DNA from: Ferroglobus placidus DSM 10642
Lineage (GTDB): Archaea; Halobacteriota; Archaeoglobi; Archaeoglobales; Archaeoglobaceae
NCBI RefSeq assembly: GCF_000025505.1
Contig: NC_013849.1
Location: 540,001-572,000 of the forward strand
Reading direction: 5' to 3'
Length of the DNA stretch: 32,000 nt
Shown: positions 1 through 8,570 of the stretch, piece by piece
Layout: every line of letters starts with the position of its first letter
Numbering within the stretch: the stretch's first letter is position 1
Notes under the pieces: model-generated
Databases searched by the model: none
What the model saw: the letters and a program-made list of their open reading frames with translations, nothing else
What the model was told of the DNA's origin: nothing
Made by a program: the position numbers and the translations under genes

Positions 1-61
1 TCTTACTACATCTTCTGCAAACTCTTGTAGCAACTCTTTTTTTGCAAATCTGACAGATCAT
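1..61 (-). CDS. Partial CDS (5' end only, continues past window start): small zinc-ribbon-like protein
   Basis: The reverse-strand ATG at 61-59 overlaps the thi4 stop codon (ATGA, 61-58). It translates to [20 protein letters not shown]..., which has two CxxC pairs. The ORF runs off the window edge. Confidence 0.35.
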   Translation of the reverse strand, partial: MICQICKKRVATRVCRRCSK

Positions 62-831
62 TTTTTGAGATCGAACATGATCTGCTCAGCCACCTTCCTT
101 CCGCTCAGAAGCATCCCTCCGAAAATCGGTCCCATTCTCGGTAAGCCGTAGACTGCTGAAACAGCCATTCCCGCCACGTACAAACCATCCACGACTTTTC
201 CCGTTTTTTCGACAACGAGCTTCTCAGAAAGCTCGCTGTAAGCTGATTTCTCTCCAGCCACGTATATCTCAAGCTCCGGGATTTTTCTCGCAGCGACGCT
301 CACAACTTCGGCATCGTGTCCAGTGGCATCGACAACAGCCTTGCTCTCTATCATGAGCGGATCAACGTGAAGTCCGGCTATTTGCACCGCACTCCACTGG
401 ACGAGAACTCCGGAAATTCTTAACGGCTCTGGGCGGTAGATTACGTCATCTACGGTAACTCCTAAAATTACTTTCGCTCCGCTGTCTATAGCTCCAGCAG
501 AAAGCTTCGCAAGCATTTCAGCAGCGTCTATCACGTAAAGTCCATCTTCGACTTCCCTCGTTTTTATCCCGAACTCCTCTGCTATTTCCTTAGCTTCTTT
601 CTCAACAACTATTTTGTGGAAGAGCATTCCTCCTCCGCCTATGCCTCCACCAAAGCTCAGCCTCCTTTCGAAGACGACGACGTCGAAGCCGAAGTCTGCT
701 AAGTAATGAGCGGCAGTCAGTCCTGCGGGTCCGGCGCCGACTACGACTACGTCGGTCTCGCTTATCTCCTCCCACTCCTTCGCAGCCTCTCTTACGATCA
801 CTCTCGTTATGTTTTTCTCGCTGAAGGGCAT
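58..831 (-). CDS. thi4: Thiazole synthase Thi4 (archaeal type, no cysteine in the whole protein)
   Basis: The protein is 257 aa. It has a dinucleotide-binding [14 protein letters not shown] motif, a GGGIGGGGM glycine run, and the [10 protein letters not shown] and GMAV...[14 protein letters not shown] motifs typical of Thi4/THI4. Confidence 0.9.
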   Translation of the reverse strand: MPFSEKNITRVIVREAAKEWEEISETDVVVVGAGPAGLTAAHYLADFGFDVVVFERRLSFGGGIGGGGMLFHKIVVEKEAKEIAEEFGIKTREVEDGLYVIDAAEMLAKLSAGAIDSGAKVILGVTVDDVIYRPEPLRISGVLVQWSAVQIAGLHVDPLMIESKAVVDATGHDAEVVSVAARKIPELEIYVAGEKSAYSELSEKLVVEKTGKVVDGLYVAGMAVSAVYGLPRMGPIFGGMLLSGRKVAEQIMFDLKK

Positions 832-840
832 GTTGGGATT

Positions 841-1434
841 TTAGGAGATGAAGTATAAAACACTATTCGTTACGAAGTAAACTCCGAAAATTGCGAAAAT
901 CGAAGCGGAAAAAATTTCGAGCTTCCTTTTCAGTCCAGCGTATTTGCTCAAGCGATGCGAAGCAAAAGAAACAAATCCGAGCCAACCGAAGTCGGCTGAT
1001 TCGTGAACGAGAACGAAAAGAACCAATCCGATCGACCCGAACTCGTAGGAGAGCGATATCAAAGAGAAACCTACCGTTAGCCACCACATTATGAAGTAAG
1101 GATTAAGGGCGGTGAGAATTATCCCGGTCATCGTACCCCTAACCTTTCTCTCGCTATCAGTTTTGCTCTTAAACTCTTCGTAGGAGAGGTATAACAGGAA
1201 AAGTCCTCCTACTAGAGCGATAACTGCTTTTAAGTTCTCCGTTACGTGGAAACCTGCGAAATAGAGGGAAATTATTAGAGGTATTTCCACGATCGCGTGC
1301 CCAGCCGAGATTTTAAATCCAGAAAACGGATTCTTCAATCCCTCTGATAGCGTTGCGGCAAACAGCGGACCGGGAGAGAGAACGCCGCTCAAGGATATCG
1401 TGAATACCATCGCCAAGTATAGGGGAAAATCCAT
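841..1434 (-). CDS. LysE/RhtB-family exporter-like membrane protein
   Basis: The protein is 197 aa with about 6 hydrophobic segments and an N-terminal LSPGPLFA motif typical of the LysE family. It lies 9 nt upstream of thi4 on the same strand. Confidence 0.7.
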   Translation of the reverse strand: MDFPLYLAMVFTISLSGVLSPGPLFAATLSEGLKNPFSGFKISAGHAIVEIPLIISLYFAGFHVTENLKAVIALVGGLFLLYLSYEEFKSKTDSERKVRGTMTGIILTALNPYFIMWWLTVGFSLISLSYEFGSIGLVLFVLVHESADFGWLGFVSFASHRLSKYAGLKRKLEIFSASIFAIFGVYFVTNSVLYFIS

Positions 1435-1484
1435 GAAATGTTGGGAAAGCTAAAACTTTAAAATCGTTTTCTTAACAATTCTTC

Positions 1485-1691
1485 ATGGACAGTCTGTTTA
1501 AAAAGAAGCTGGACAGACTTGTGGAAATAATTGAGGAGGACGACTTGCCATTCAAATCGAAGGATTTCAAGCTCGGCTTGCTTTACGGCTACTACTGGGC
1601 GTTCATAGAGCTATTCTTCTCGAGAAAGCCAAACGAGGAGGAGAAGAGGGATTTTGTGAAGTACATCGAAAATCTGAAGTTTAAAGCCTGA
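1485..1691 (+). CDS. Hypothetical small protein (68 aa)
   Basis: An ATG ORF in an otherwise unoccupied gap, convergent with hef. I recognise no family. Confidence 0.3.
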   Translation: MDSLFKKKLDRLVEIIEEDDLPFKSKDFKLGLLYGYYWAFIELFFSRKPNEEEKRDFVKYIENLKFKA

Positions 1692-1694
1692 TTT

Positions 1695-3980
1695 CTAATT
1701 TTTAGCTTCGTCGAAGCTGTTAATTTGGTCACTTTCCTCTTCGATAAAGATTTTGTCAGCCTCGTCGTACTTTGTCGACATGAGCTTTCTTATTCTTTCC
1801 GCCGTTTTTCTTCCCACGTTTTTTACTTTCATCAACTCTTCGACGCTCGCCGTCGCTATTCTCTCTATCGTCTGAAATTCTTTGAGCAGATTCTTCGCTA
1901 TAACCGGTCCTACGTTTGAGATCGCTGAAACTATGTACTCCATCTCGTCTTTGAGCGTTCTCTTGCTCTTCCCGGAATGTAAAGCTACCGGTCTTTCCCT
2001 GTACTCTTGCTCCCTCCTCGCTATCGTCAAAAGAAGCTCGGCAGTATCGCTTTCATTTGCCGAAAACAAAATTGGAACTCCTATGTCAACGGCTATAGCT
2101 GATAAAGCTCCTCTCACCGCGTTGGGATTCACGTTTCTCTTCGTGTATAGACCATTGCCCTCTATTATCAGCAGCGCTTTGGGATAGGCTTTTTTCAAAT
2201 TGATAAGATTTCCGAAGAGGTCTCTCTCCTTGTTTATCAGGCTTTCAAGGAAATCTTCTACGGTTTTTCTTTCAACAGCAACTCTGTCGCTAAGAACGTA
2301 GTCGCCAACGTCGAGTTTTTCAACTTTAACCTTGGCTCCGAGCTCTATCAACTTTTTCACTACACCGCTCTTCATTTCTCTGGAGTCGACGTAGATTAGT
2401 GGAGAGGCTATGAAGTCGAGGAGAGTTTTCGTCTCAGCCTTTTCCAACCTTTCTTTTTCAATTTCCTTTTCGAGCTCGTACTTTATGCGGTAAACGGTGT
2501 CGTACATGAGTTTCTCCTTTCTAAGACTTGCGTAGTAGTAAGCTTCGTCCCTCGTTCCTTTCGTTATAAGTACGACTATTCTCCCCTCTCTCCCTCTGCC
2601 GGTTCTTCCTTTTCGCTGTATCGCTCTTATCTCTGAAGGAACGGCTTCGTAGAAAACGACAAGATCTGTCTCCGGAATGTCCAGCCCTTCCTCTCCGACG
2701 CTCGTGGCTATTAGAACTTTCACATCTCCTCTCCTGAACATCTCAAGAACTCTCAGCTGCTCTTTTTGACTCATTCCAGCATCTTCCTCCCTTTTAGCCT
2801 GCCCTATGAACTTCGAAGCCGGAAACTTCTGGGAGACGATTTTCAGGAGCTTTTCCGCCGTGTCTCTGAAATTCGTGAAAACTATAACTCTCGAATCCGG
2901 ATTTTTCTCGAATTGCTCCTCGAGGATTTCCATGAGCTTGTTAACTTTCGGATGTTCGTCTTTTATTTTTGCTATTCTTACAATTCCTTCTCTGAAAACC
3001 GGATCTTCGAGTAGGTTCTTAGCTGCTTTACTTCCTCTGCTCCTCCCCTCTTTCAGCAACCTCTTCAAGTATTTTTTCGCCGCCTCGACACCCTGAGTTT
3101 CTATCAGCTCCACCGCATGGTAAACTTTCAGCACTTCGGCAAGAATTGAAGAAGCTTCGTAGTAAACCTGATCTCCGCTTTCGACAGCTTGAGCCTGAAC
3201 GAGCTCTTGTAAAGTTAGAAGCTCTTTTTTCGAAGAAAAATCCACGTCGAAGCCGAGTCTTTCGAGCCTCTTCAACCTGATTTCTATAACTTTTTCGAAA
3301 GCTTCTTTCGCCTTTTCGAGCTCTTCCGGCATGTCGACTTTTACCCACTCGATTTTCTTCTCCGCTATGTACTTCCTAACATCGGGATCGTACTCAGTTC
3401 GTATCTCTATGTTTTCTATGAAGAGATTCTTCACAACCTCTTTTATCCTCTCCGGGTCGCTTCCGGGGGAAGCTGTAATCGCGAGTATCAGCGGATTTTT
3501 ACTTTCTTCAACAAACCTTCTGGCTATGAAAACGTAGGAGTAATTTCCAACAGCCCTGTGAGCTTCATCGAATACCGCAAGCACGAAATCGCTGAGGGTG
3601 AGCCTTCCAGATATTATGTCGTTTTCGATAACTTGCGGAGTCGAAACGATTACTCTCGCTTTCTCGTACATTCTTTGTCTCTTCTCCGGAGGAATTTCTC
3701 CCGTGAAAGAGACGATCTCTTCTTCGTTTATGTTGAGGGTTCTTTTCAGAAAGAAAGCGTGCTGCTCGACGAGGGGTTTTGTTGGAGCTAAAAAGAGCAC
3801 TTTCCCGTCAAGTTTGTGGAGCCTCGAAGCTATAACGAGCAAAGCCACTACGGTTTTTCCCAAACCGGTAGGTAAAACTACGAGGGTGTTCTTTAACAAA
3901 GCTGATGCTGCTAAAGCTAACTGATAGCTTCTTCTTTCCACCGCTCTCGGCTTTACGAGGGGGTGCGAAACGAACTCCAT
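1695..3980 (-). CDS. hef: Hef: SF2 helicase fused to an ERCC4/XPF-type nuclease and a C-terminal HhH2
   Basis: The protein is 761 aa. It has Walker A PTGLGKT, a DEAH box (VFDEAHRA), TASPG, helicase motif VI QRKGRTGR, the ERCC4 signature GDYVLSDRVAVERKTVEDF, and a C-terminal helix-hairpin-helix pair (VGPVIAKNLL...VKNVGRKTAERI). Confidence 0.9.
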   Translation of the reverse strand: MEFVSHPLVKPRAVERRSYQLALAASALLKNTLVVLPTGLGKTVVALLVIASRLHKLDGKVLFLAPTKPLVEQHAFFLKRTLNINEEEIVSFTGEIPPEKRQRMYEKARVIVSTPQVIENDIISGRLTLSDFVLAVFDEAHRAVGNYSYVFIARRFVEESKNPLILAITASPGSDPERIKEVVKNLFIENIEIRTEYDPDVRKYIAEKKIEWVKVDMPEELEKAKEAFEKVIEIRLKRLERLGFDVDFSSKKELLTLQELVQAQAVESGDQVYYEASSILAEVLKVYHAVELIETQGVEAAKKYLKRLLKEGRSRGSKAAKNLLEDPVFREGIVRIAKIKDEHPKVNKLMEILEEQFEKNPDSRVIVFTNFRDTAEKLLKIVSQKFPASKFIGQAKREEDAGMSQKEQLRVLEMFRRGDVKVLIATSVGEEGLDIPETDLVVFYEAVPSEIRAIQRKGRTGRGREGRIVVLITKGTRDEAYYYASLRKEKLMYDTVYRIKYELEKEIEKERLEKAETKTLLDFIASPLIYVDSREMKSGVVKKLIELGAKVKVEKLDVGDYVLSDRVAVERKTVEDFLESLINKERDLFGNLINLKKAYPKALLIIEGNGLYTKRNVNPNAVRGALSAIAVDIGVPILFSANESDTAELLLTIARREQEYRERPVALHSGKSKRTLKDEMEYIVSAISNVGPVIAKNLLKEFQTIERIATASVEELMKVKNVGRKTAERIRKLMSTKYDEADKIFIEEESDQINSFDEAKN

Positions 3981-4019
3981 CTAAGCATCAAATTTTCTTT
4001 AGCTTAAAAAAACGTGTCG

Positions 4020-4841
4020 CTAAAGTTCGACGTCGTAGAGCTTTTCGATGTTTTCCTTGCAAATCTTGTTCACGAAATCCTCATCGTAACCGAGTTTGAG
4101 CAGCTCTTTGATTTTCCTCGGCACGGTTCTTGGACCTAAAACAGCTCCTGGTCTACTTCTGTCGTCTATGTAGTCAGATTCGACGACGAATCTATCTCCA
4201 AGCTCCGCCGCTTTTTTTACGTTGTCTCCCATAGCTATTACCGAGGGGAAGATGCCTATCTCCTCGAATTCTTTTACTGCCGGAGGTGCGAAGTGTCTGA
4301 TCACCTTCTCCCTCTTCAATCCAACTTTTTTCGCCATTTCCGCAACTTCCATCATCCCCTCTTTCGTGTAGCTTTCCATGTGAAGCTGAACTGCACAGCC
4401 GACATCTTTTGCTACTTCGAAAGCGAAAGTCATGACTTCGTTGCTACTCTTCCAGACGTAATCGCTCACCTCGTAGTGCGGTCTTCCGGACTTTATAGCC
4501 ACAGCCTTCCCTTCCTCAACGAACTTTCCGGCTATTTCCAACGCTTCTTTCATGATTTCGACGGCTCTATCTACTCCCCACTTTTGAGAGAGTATCGTTA
4601 TCTCAGCAGGATGAACGGCTAAAACAGCGTAAGCTTTCACGATCTCGTTAGCCTTCTCCACAAGTTTTACGTGCTCCTCGAAAATCTGAACAAAGTCTTT
4701 TCCCGAAGAAGGTAAAATTCCGTAGTGAGAGCTGAGCAACGAAACGAGAAAAACGTGCGTTCCTCCAGCTTTTTTAAACTCCTTCAAAGCCTTCAGCCTG
4801 AGGTGGTTGTAGAGGTGCATGTGGTTGTCCGTTATCACCAT
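4020..4841 (-). CDS. TatD-family metal-dependent hydrolase
   Basis: The protein is 273 aa with an N-terminal DNHMHL (HxH metal site), downstream His/Glu/Asp ligand candidates (VHPAE, LHMES, ESDY), and TIM-barrel amidohydrolase-like spacing. Confidence 0.72.
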   Translation of the reverse strand: MVITDNHMHLYNHLRLKALKEFKKAGGTHVFLVSLLSSHYGILPSSGKDFVQIFEEHVKLVEKANEIVKAYAVLAVHPAEITILSQKWGVDRAVEIMKEALEIAGKFVEEGKAVAIKSGRPHYEVSDYVWKSSNEVMTFAFEVAKDVGCAVQLHMESYTKEGMMEVAEMAKKVGLKREKVIRHFAPPAVKEFEEIGIFPSVIAMGDNVKKAAELGDRFVVESDYIDDRSRPGAVLGPRTVPRKIKELLKLGYDEDFVNKICKENIEKLYDVEL

Positions 4842-5125
4842 GCTCGAAAATGAAGTTGGGCTGTATTTATACTCGACTAATTTCTAATTTGATGCGATTA
4901 CCCTTTGGCTATGCTAAGCGAAAGAAAAAAATTTTGCAGAGACTTCGGAAAAGCATACTTTTGCAAGTAAGCGTTGATATGTTATTCAGATTGGGTAACC
5001 GATTAAACAGATTTCCGATCCAGATTAGATTGGTTACAAAAGAAAATTTTATTTTTATTAGTTTATTTAATAAAATTAGCTTTTATAATTTGTATTTTCT
5101 CATCATTATCATCATAATACGAAAA

Positions 5126-5140
5126 TTTTAAGTATTTAAA
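5126..5140 (+). promoter_or_regulatory. Candidate TATA box for the 809-aa gene
   Basis: The sequence ttttaagtatttaaa ends a 299-bp AT-rich intergenic region. Its spacing of ~25 nt to the second in-frame ATG (5159) would give a leaderless mRNA starting MLAGRVLLSLLALLILVGTALG. Confidence 0.3.
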
Positions 5141-7570
5141 ATGTCAAAACGGTATATTATGCTGGCAGGGAGAGTATTGCTCTCCCTACTAGCACTATTG
5201 ATATTAGTGGGCACAGCCTTAGGAGAAGAGCCAACAAAGAACAACGTTTCAATCAACACGACACCAGATCTCTGGTTGAGCAATGGAATTATAGGCATAG
5301 ACTTTCATTCGTGGGGATCAGACAATTTTCAGTATCCTTTGGGTTCGAACAACCTGTGGTATGGGGGAGGAATAAGATTTGCAATAAGATATGATGGGGT
5401 GTTTAAGTGGAGCCATAATGGCTGGCTACCATCAGCTCCAGCGCTTTCAGTTGTAGAATCCATGCATCTTGTAGATGATACGCCTGAAAAGAAGGTTGCA
5501 GTTGGAGTTGTTGCCGATGCTAATATAGAAATTAAAACAGAAGTTACGCTTCTCAAAGATAAAAAATGGGTTGCGGTGATTTACACGATTAAAAACAAAG
5601 CGAATCAGTCGCTTTCTGTTAAGTTCTACCAAGGGGCAGACTTTGATGTCTATCATATGTCATTTTGGAACGATGCCGGAAAATATGATCCAGAGCTAAA
5701 CCTTCTATATCAGTGGGATACCAGAGGCCATCCATACGTTGGAATCGCATCACCGCTGAAGCCCACGAAGTACGACGTAACCTATTGGTGGAGTATGTGG
5801 AACAGGATAAGAAGTGACTCGCTGGCGAACGGCACGAGCTATAGCGGAGATGTTGGTGTTGCATTTGAGTGGGACCTCGGAACACTTCATCCCGGAGAGG
5901 AGAGGGTTATTCCGGTGATAATAGCAGCTGGCTCGAGTTTGGAAGAACTCAAAAGTGAGGTCGCGGAAGGGTTGAACTTCTTGGCTCCCAAACCGTATAT
6001 CGAATGGGTTAAAGTAGTTCCGGAAACTCCTGAAATGCTCGAAGAGTATACTATTCTCGCAAGCGTTAGGAATCCGAGCGATAAGCCAGTAACTGTGACG
6101 TTGTGGTGCAACGAAACTGGATTGCTCGTTGAATACGACGACCAGCTTTTGATTCCTCCAGCCAATAAGAGTCAGACCTTGACGATTCCACCTCACAGCA
6201 ATGTAACTTTCAGCTTCAAGTACAAGCACTACTGGAGGTGGTTGAAGCCTTTTGAAATTATTACGGGAAGTGATATAAATACTGTGAAAGAAATTCTGAA
6301 ATTAGTACCAAACGAGAAAATACCAGAAATTATCCGTTCATCGCTAAAAATTTGGGAGATAGTTGAATATGCCACACTTACAGGAGCAAAACCAACAATA
6401 ACCTATCACTATAACTTGCGATCAAACGAAGTATTGAATTCACAAAACATAAGCACCAGAGTAGTAGTTCCATTAGTAAAAATCGATTCCCTTATATATT
6501 CTATAGGAATCGGAGTAATAAGTGGAACATTTACAGGAGTTGGGTTATCAGGAATTTTCGCACCAGAACCAACAACAACGGCCATCGGAGGAATTCTTTT
6601 AATTGGTGAAGGTCTCACATCTTTACTTGTTAAAGAGGGAATTAAAATAGCAACCGATCCAGACTCAGACTACACACAACCAGTTGTCCTCGAACCGATA
6701 ACAATCCCTGAACTCGATGAATATCCTGACAACCCCGTCAAAGATATGGTTAAACAGTACACTTTACTCGCATCCGAAGCGAAAGCTTTCAGCGAAGCGT
6801 GGGCTAAATACCTTGGAGCTAAAATGGTGAAGGACACGGAATGGGAGAGAAGACAGCTCGTATCAGCTTACTACTACCTGAATCTTTTAGTGAACGATTA
6901 CGCTGTTTTAAAAGAAAAAGCTGAAGTGGCAATAGATTACCTGCAATCGATGGGGTTGAATATAACTGAAGAAGATGTAAGTTACGTAAAGAAAAACATA
7001 ACAGAGAACGGATTACCAGAGATAGAGGTGGAACTACTGAAAAAATTCGGATTAAGCAACGAAGAAATCAACGCAGCCAAGGATATAGTTTTAATGCTAC
7101 CGAACGAAACAATCATCAACTACAATGAAACAATTTTAGGAGGGATGGAAGTTCAGCAAACTGTCCTGGGCTGGATTGCAAATAACTTAACGACAGAGAT
7201 AAACGAAGTTGGATTTGTAAACGCAACCGTAGATGTAGACCCAGACACGATAAATCTGAAGTCAAAAGGCAAATGGATAACAGCGTACATCGAAATACCG
7301 GGCTATGATGTAAGCAAGATAAACATCTCTACAGTTTACCTGAACGGAATAATACCAGCTATAAACGATCCAAAGTACGGATTTGTGAGAAACCCTGAGA
7401 TCAAGGATAGAGATGGAAATGGCTATCCAGAGCTGATGGTCAAATTCGACAGGCAAGAAGTCAAGAGGGTGCTGAGGGGAGGAAACGTTACACTGTTCGT
7501 GATTGGAGAGATTGATGACAAGTTCTTTGTCGGAAATGGTGAGATAAGGGTCATGCTGGGGTGTTGCTGA
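5141..7570 (+). CDS. Large secreted, probably N-glycosylated surface protein carrying copy 1 of the C-terminal repeat module
   Basis: The protein is 809 aa, or 803 aa from ATG 5159. It has an N-terminal signal-like helix ending TALG/EEP and more than 15 N-x-S/T sequons. A Gly-rich hydrophobic stretch sits mid-protein, followed by a helical region and then the C-terminal module VNATVDVDPDTINLKSKGKWITAYIEIPGYDVSKINISTVYLNG...DRDGNGYPELMVKFD...NVTLFVIGEID. Confidence 0.8.
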   Translation: MSKRYIMLAGRVLLSLLALLILVGTALGEEPTKNNVSINTTPDLWLSNGIIGIDFHSWGSDNFQYPLGSNNLWYGGGIRFAIRYDGVFKWSHNGWLPSAPALSVVESMHLVDDTPEKKVAVGVVADANIEIKTEVTLLKDKKWVAVIYTIKNKANQSLSVKFYQGADFDVYHMSFWNDAGKYDPELNLLYQWDTRGHPYVGIASPLKPTKYDVTYWWSMWNRIRSDSLANGTSYSGDVGVAFEWDLGTLHPGEERVIPVIIAAGSSLEELKSEVAEGLNFLAPKPYIEWVKVVPETPEMLEEYTILASVRNPSDKPVTVTLWCNETGLLVEYDDQLLIPPANKSQTLTIPPHSNVTFSFKYKHYWRWLKPFEIITGSDINTVKEILKLVPNEKIPEIIRSSLKIWEIVEYATLTGAKPTITYHYNLRSNEVLNSQNISTRVVVPLVKIDSLIYSIGIGVISGTFTGVGLSGIFAPEPTTTAIGGILLIGEGLTSLLVKEGIKIATDPDSDYTQPVVLEPITIPELDEYPDNPVKDMVKQYTLLASEAKAFSEAWAKYLGAKMVKDTEWERRQLVSAYYYLNLLVNDYAVLKEKAEVAIDYLQSMGLNITEEDVSYVKKNITENGLPEIEVELLKKFGLSNEEINAAKDIVLMLPNETIINYNETILGGMEVQQTVLGWIANNLTTEINEVGFVNATVDVDPDTINLKSKGKWITAYIEIPGYDVSKINISTVYLNGIIPAINDPKYGFVRNPEIKDRDGNGYPELMVKFDRQEVKRVLRGGNVTLFVIGEIDDKFFVGNGEIRVMLGCC
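7220..7432 (+). repeat. 213-bp perfect direct repeat, copy A (inside the 809-aa gene)
   Basis: I compared it base by base with 8221-8433 and found 213/213 identical. Mismatches occur immediately on both sides. Confidence 0.95.
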
Positions 7571-7851
7571 TGAAGACCTTTTTTATTTTTATCGCAACAG
7601 TAGTAGCTCTGATATTTATGGTCTACAGCCTCGGTAGTTTTATAGATACCCTATTACGAAATCCTGAATCTCTTTCTCTATCTTCTTTCGCAACCACGAT
7701 TTTCTGGATTGCTGTTTGGGCATATATGAATAAATATTTACTCGAATATAGAGGGATTAAAGTAAAAACTAGAATATTTTTATTGGGTATATTATTAGTT
7801 CTAGCGACGTTTATAGGAGCTCAAATAGTAATATCTATCTTTGCAAGTTGA
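7570..7851 (+). CDS. Small 3-TM membrane protein, translationally coupled to the 809-aa gene
   Basis: The ATG at 7570 overlaps the upstream stop (TGATG). A GGGGTG SD-like element lies 7 nt upstream. An alternative GTG start is at 7561. There are three hydrophobic helices. Confidence 0.6.
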   Translation: MKTFFIFIATVVALIFMVYSLGSFIDTLLRNPESLSLSSFATTIFWIAVWAYMNKYLLEYRGIKVKTRIFLLGILLVLATFIGAQIVISIFAS

Positions 7852-7974
7852 AGTAGTGGTACCTCGCTATGTAGGTTACGGAAGGAGATAATAATATCAT
7901 ATAACAAAAAATTTATTATAAAGTAGTATAATCTATTACAGCACATAATACTCGTCTTAACAGAATTTGTAACG

Positions 7975-8565
7975 ATGAACGAGATCGTTATAGAAGTTGT
8001 TAATATACCTAAATTTCTTGATGAGTTTATCAATTACGCGAGGAAATTGGGTTACAGCGACGAAGATATCGCCAACTTCACGAACATGCTCATCGCCGTG
8101 AACGACTCGCTCGTAATCAACTACGATAAAACGATCCCGAGTCTGTTCAACCACACAAACTATTTCGTCAACCAAGTGGTGGAGACGTTAAATAGAGATA
8201 CATCTAAGTTCATTACTGTGAACGCAACCGTAGATGTAGACCCAGACACGATAAATCTGAAGTCAAAAGGCAAATGGATAACAGCGTACATCGAAATACC
8301 GGGCTATGATGTAAGCAAGATAAACATCTCTACAGTTTACCTGAACGGAATAATACCAGCTATAAACGATCCAAAGTACGGATTTGTGAGAAACCCTGAG
8401 ATCAAGGATAGAGATGGAAATGGCTATCCAGAGATGACGGTTAAGTTTGATAAAAGTAAATTAAAGAAGATACTCAGGCACGGAAATGTCACACTCTTCG
8501 TCATAGGTGAAGTGGATGGCATATACTTCATTGGGGATGATGTGGTTAGAGTATTGCAGGGGTAA
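7975..8565 (+). CDS. Module copy 2: 196-aa paralog of the C-terminal ~200 aa of the 809-aa protein, with no signal peptide
   Basis: The N-terminal part aligns weakly with residues ~620-690 of the 809-aa protein (LGYSDEDI..INYDKTI vs FGLSNEEI..INYNETI). The C-terminal module includes the 213-bp identical block. Confidence 0.65.
   Translation: MNEIVIEVVNIPKFLDEFINYARKLGYSDEDIANFTNMLIAVNDSLVINYDKTIPSLFNHTNYFVNQVVETLNRDTSKFITVNATVDVDPDTINLKSKGKWITAYIEIPGYDVSKINISTVYLNGIIPAINDPKYGFVRNPEIKDRDGNGYPEMTVKFDKSKLKKILRHGNVTLFVIGEVDGIYFIGDDVVRVLQG
8221..8433 (+). repeat. 213-bp perfect direct repeat, copy B
   Basis: Identical to 7220-7432, offset by exactly 1,001 bp. Confidence 0.95.
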
Positions 8566-8570
8566 TTGCT

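Noticed and set aside
863-1094. Two overlapping Arg-rich ORFs (74 aa on the reverse strand, 67 aa on the forward strand) inside the LysE-like gene
   Set aside because: These are shadow frames of a well-supported membrane-protein gene, with Arg/Ser-rich nonsense composition. The same reasoning applies to the other internal or antisense ORFs in the track, such as 3028-3348, 5750-6229, 10547-10897, 13012-13494, 17930-18388 and 20165-20485.
1695-1770. Possible PCNA-interacting (PIP) box in the acidic C-terminal tail of Hef (SDQINSFDEAKN)
   Set aside because: It does not fit Qxx(I/L/M)xx(F/Y)(F/Y): Ser occupies the hydrophobic position and only one aromatic residue is present.
4850-5131. A 93-aa ORF in the AT-rich intergenic region
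   Set aside because: Its composition is low-complexity Ile/Leu/Lys/Phe-rich, driven by AT-richness, and ends in IIIIIIRKF. It has no SD or TATA at sensible spacing, and it occupies what must be the divergent promoter region.
7561-7575. CUGAUGA at the 809-aa stop / partner start junction as a possible C-box or regulatory RNA motif
   Set aside because: Overlapping stop and start codons (TGATG) explain it fully. No matching D box or structure lies nearby.
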